From positions 102,996 through 166,995 of the forward strand of contig JACQYK010000085.1 of NCBI GenBank assembly GCA_016208255.1: 64,000 bases of DNA. The letters are read 5' to 3'. The notes beneath the pieces are model-generated. The model had not been told where the DNA came from. It searched no databases and saw nothing but the letters and a program-made list of their open reading frames with translations. Shown here in pieces: positions 62,006 through 64,000 of this stretch (the stretch's first letter is position 1; the number at the start of each line of letters is the position of its first letter). Both the position numbers and the translations under genes were made by a program. This stretch comes from Deltaproteobacteria bacterium. GTDB lineage: Bacteria > Desulfobacterota > RBG-13-43-22.

Positions 62006-64000
62006 TCAGCTTTGAGCTGACTTCCAATAAGTGCACATATTTTTATAAGGACAATAAGTGCAGGCCCCTTGATTTTTCCCTTTGGGTTCCGGTCTGGGGT
62101 CGGGCGAGAAATCATTGGTCTTTAATCTTTCCCCGATCCGCCCGATTTCATTTTCCCAATCCGGCAAACAAACCTCCCAGCCCGAGGCCTCCGGCCAGAG
62201 GTCCTTCATAACCACTTCTCCTTCTGATTTGAGACCGATATATCCGGCCCTGGAGCCCACCAGGGTTTTTTTCTGCAATTCGTTTATGGTTTTTAAAGCC
62301 AGGAGGTAGAGGGGTAACTGGGGGGCCAGGAACTTTTTATTAATGTCGCTGGAAGAGGGGAGAGTGCCTGTTTTGTAATCCCAACAACAGACTTCCCCCA
62401 GGGATTCGTTAAGGTCGAGGCGGTCAATACGGCCTTGTACGGAAAACGACCAGGATGGAAAATGGAGATCAAAAAAAGACATCTCCTCCTTCTCCCAGCG
62501 CCAGCCTTTTTCCCAATGTTCCTTTTCCGTTTCCAGCCAGATGCGCAAGAGCCCACTTAGAGTTTCCCCCTCACCGATCAGACGCGCTTTTTCCACGAGC
62601 CAGTGAGGATTGGAGGATTTATCGCTGAGCGACTCATCAACACACCGGGTAATCACGGGTTCAACCGCTTTTGGATCGGTAAGTGGAATTCCCCGGGAGC
62701 GCAAGGTCTTGGTTATCAAGGCCAGAATTTTATGCAAGGTCTCCCCCTTTTCCAGAGGAGAAATCCCGACGATGATTTCATCCAGGGGAGAAATTCGCAG
62801 CAAGCGCTCGACAAAAAATTTAAAGGGACAGGCCAGAAGGGTTTCCACTGCGGTCACGGAAAGATTTGAGACCTGGGGGGGTATTTCAAACCCGAGGGAC
62901 CGGGAGGGAAAGGAATCCCGATCAGTTTCCGAAGTCGGGGGATTCCCCGGAACCGGAGCCGGGGAAATATCCAAGGGTTGATGGGCCAGGGGATAATTTT
63001 GTATCCCCTGAAGGGTTTGTTTAAGCCATTCGGCCCGGGCCCAGACCTTCCCCGGGACCGCCCAGTAGTTTTGCTCCCCTTTTTCAGCCTGGGAGGGCCA
63101 AAAAGGAGAAGGAGGAACCGGGTCTCCCCTTTCTTCTTCCGGCCGGGTCAGCGCAATTTTGGGAGAAACGGTTTTGAGATGAGAGAAAGAAACCCGGGCA
63201 AAATCAAACTGGCTTTTTAAAGTCGCCCCTTGAACCAGCTGCCGTTCTTCAGGGCCCAGAAAGGGAAAGGTTCGGACCGGCTGCGGCAGGCTGCTTTTGG
63301 ATAGGCCGGCCAGAAAGAGGTGATCAAAAGCCAGTCCTCTGGACTCGATCAGACCCAGGACCTGGATGCCGGATTGTTCGTAACCGGGTTCATTAACCAG
63401 GGTTTGACTGAGCAGGTATTTCAACCAGGCAAAAAAATGAGGTCCGTCCAGATCTTCGGTTTCTAAATCCCGGCTTAAATCCAGCAGGATTTGCCTAAGG
63501 TGTTTGTAGATGCCTTCCTCGCCCGGCAGGGCTATGGCCGGAAAGCCGAGTAGTCGCCAGCAATGCAACAGCGATTCCACCCAACGGGCCAGGCCTTGGC
63601 CTGGTTGATTGAAGGTTTTTAACAGGGAGGCCAGGGTTTCTTCCGGGGGGTCCAAATAGGATAAGCCGGAAAATTTTTGATGTTTAAGACCGTTAAGAAG
63701 GGTTTCCAGACCAAAATCCAGGGAATGCTTACGCCAGATCAAGTCCGCCTGGGCCAGTTGAGGGTGATGGCCCCTCCAAATTCGATAATAGGGGGAGAGG
63801 AGCAGGGAGAGGAACAAGGCCCGCGTTTCCCCTTCCAGGAAAAAACGCAAAGGCAGGATGCCGGCCTGGATCAAAGGTTGTTCCCATAATGACTGCCCCA
63901 GAGAAATGTTGTAACTTCCTGCTTCCTCGAATATTGAAGGACCGATCAACTCCCGGAAGGCGGAAGAGATTAAAGGGGTATATTGGGAGAGATTAGGCAC
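62006..64000 (-). CDS. addB: AddB-like PD-(D/E)XK nuclease subunit with C-terminal Fe-S Cys motif; N-terminus outside window
   Basis: ..GRIDRLDL..CCWDYKTG.. nuclease motif and ..CTYCPYKNMC.. at the C-terminus. The ORF is open to the window edge. Confidence 0.7.
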   Translation of the reverse strand: MPNLSQYTPLISSAFRELIGPSIFEEAGSYNISLGQSLWEQPLIQAGILPLRFFLEGETRALFLSLLLSPYYRIWRGHHPQLAQADLIWRKHSLDFGLETLLNGLKHQKFSGLSYLDPPEETLASLLKTFNQPGQGLARWVESLLHCWRLLGFPAIALPGEEGIYKHLRQILLDLSRDLETEDLDGPHFFAWLKYLLSQTLVNEPGYEQSGIQVLGLIESRGLAFDHLFLAGLSKSSLPQPVRTFPFLGPEERQLVQGATLKSQFDFARVSFSHLKTVSPKIALTRPEEERGDPVPPSPFWPSQAEKGEQNYWAVPGKVWARAEWLKQTLQGIQNYPLAHQPLDISPAPVPGNPPTSETDRDSFPSRSLGFEIPPQVSNLSVTAVETLLACPFKFFVERLLRISPLDEIIVGISPLEKGETLHKILALITKTLRSRGIPLTDPKAVEPVITRCVDESLSDKSSNPHWLVEKARLIGEGETLSGLLRIWLETEKEHWEKGWRWEKEEMSFFDLHFPSWSFSVQGRIDRLDLNESLGEVCCWDYKTGTLPSSSDINKKFLAPQLPLYLLALKTINELQKKTLVGSRAGYIGLKSEGEVVMKDLWPEASGWEVCLPDWENEIGRIGERLKTNDFSPDPRPEPKGKNQGACTYCPYKNMCTYWKSAQS

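Overview
This 64-kb chromosomal window looks like an anaerobic Desulfobacterota-type (deltaproteobacterial) genome. That placement is an inference from gene content and repeat families only. No database search was possible, and GC content was judged by eye, not computed.

Core content:
- A large CoA-ester catabolic supercluster: two tandem family-III CoA-transferases, two OYE-type flavin reductases, a crotonase, two acyl-CoA dehydrogenases, a thiolase/DUF35 pair and an acyl-CoA ligase. It also holds an amidohydrolase, a solute-binding protein, a flavoprotein plus ferredoxin and a CooC-like ATPase module.
- Within that supercluster, a class-I benzoyl-CoA-reductase-like C-B-A-D gene set with an extra catalytic pair.
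- An iron module: fur-feoB, a Zn-ribbon gene and a DtxR/FeoA fusion.
- Envelope genes (PIG-L deacetylase, LbH acyltransferase, mscL, ICMT-like, LysE-like) and an AddAB-like helicase-nuclease pair.

Two visibly AT-richer accessory islands interrupt this:
1. About 9.7-15.3 kb: a DUF1156-like DNA methyltransferase plus a NotI-like endonuclease.
2. About 49.7-58.4 kb: a minus-strand block of candidate defence genes.
   - A PD-(D/E)XK plus PUA-like protein.
   - A Shedu/DUF4263-like nuclease.
   - A nucleoside-deoxyribosyltransferase/TIR-like domain fused to a class-III nucleotidyl cyclase, followed by a second cyclase.
   - An Rx4H HEPN-like protein with a partner gene.
   - A decayed higBA pair.

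The most interesting candidate is the fused effector-like/cyclase plus second-cyclase plus DUF4263 gene string at 52.9-55.4 kb.

Other notable signals:
- A 52-bp sequence next to the R-M module whose two halves reappear 6.6 kb apart, bracketing the defence block.
- An ~85-bp promoter-like repeat in front of two modules.
- A shared palindromic operator at two catabolic promoters.
- A three-copy structured TIR-closed intergenic element, heptamer tandem arrays at gene ends, and a 34-bp perfect inverted repeat flanking 148 bp.

Several reading frames are broken, by all three stop codons as well as by frameshifts. This points to pseudogenes or assembly errors rather than a recoded genetic code. No rRNA, tRNA or CRISPR array was seen.
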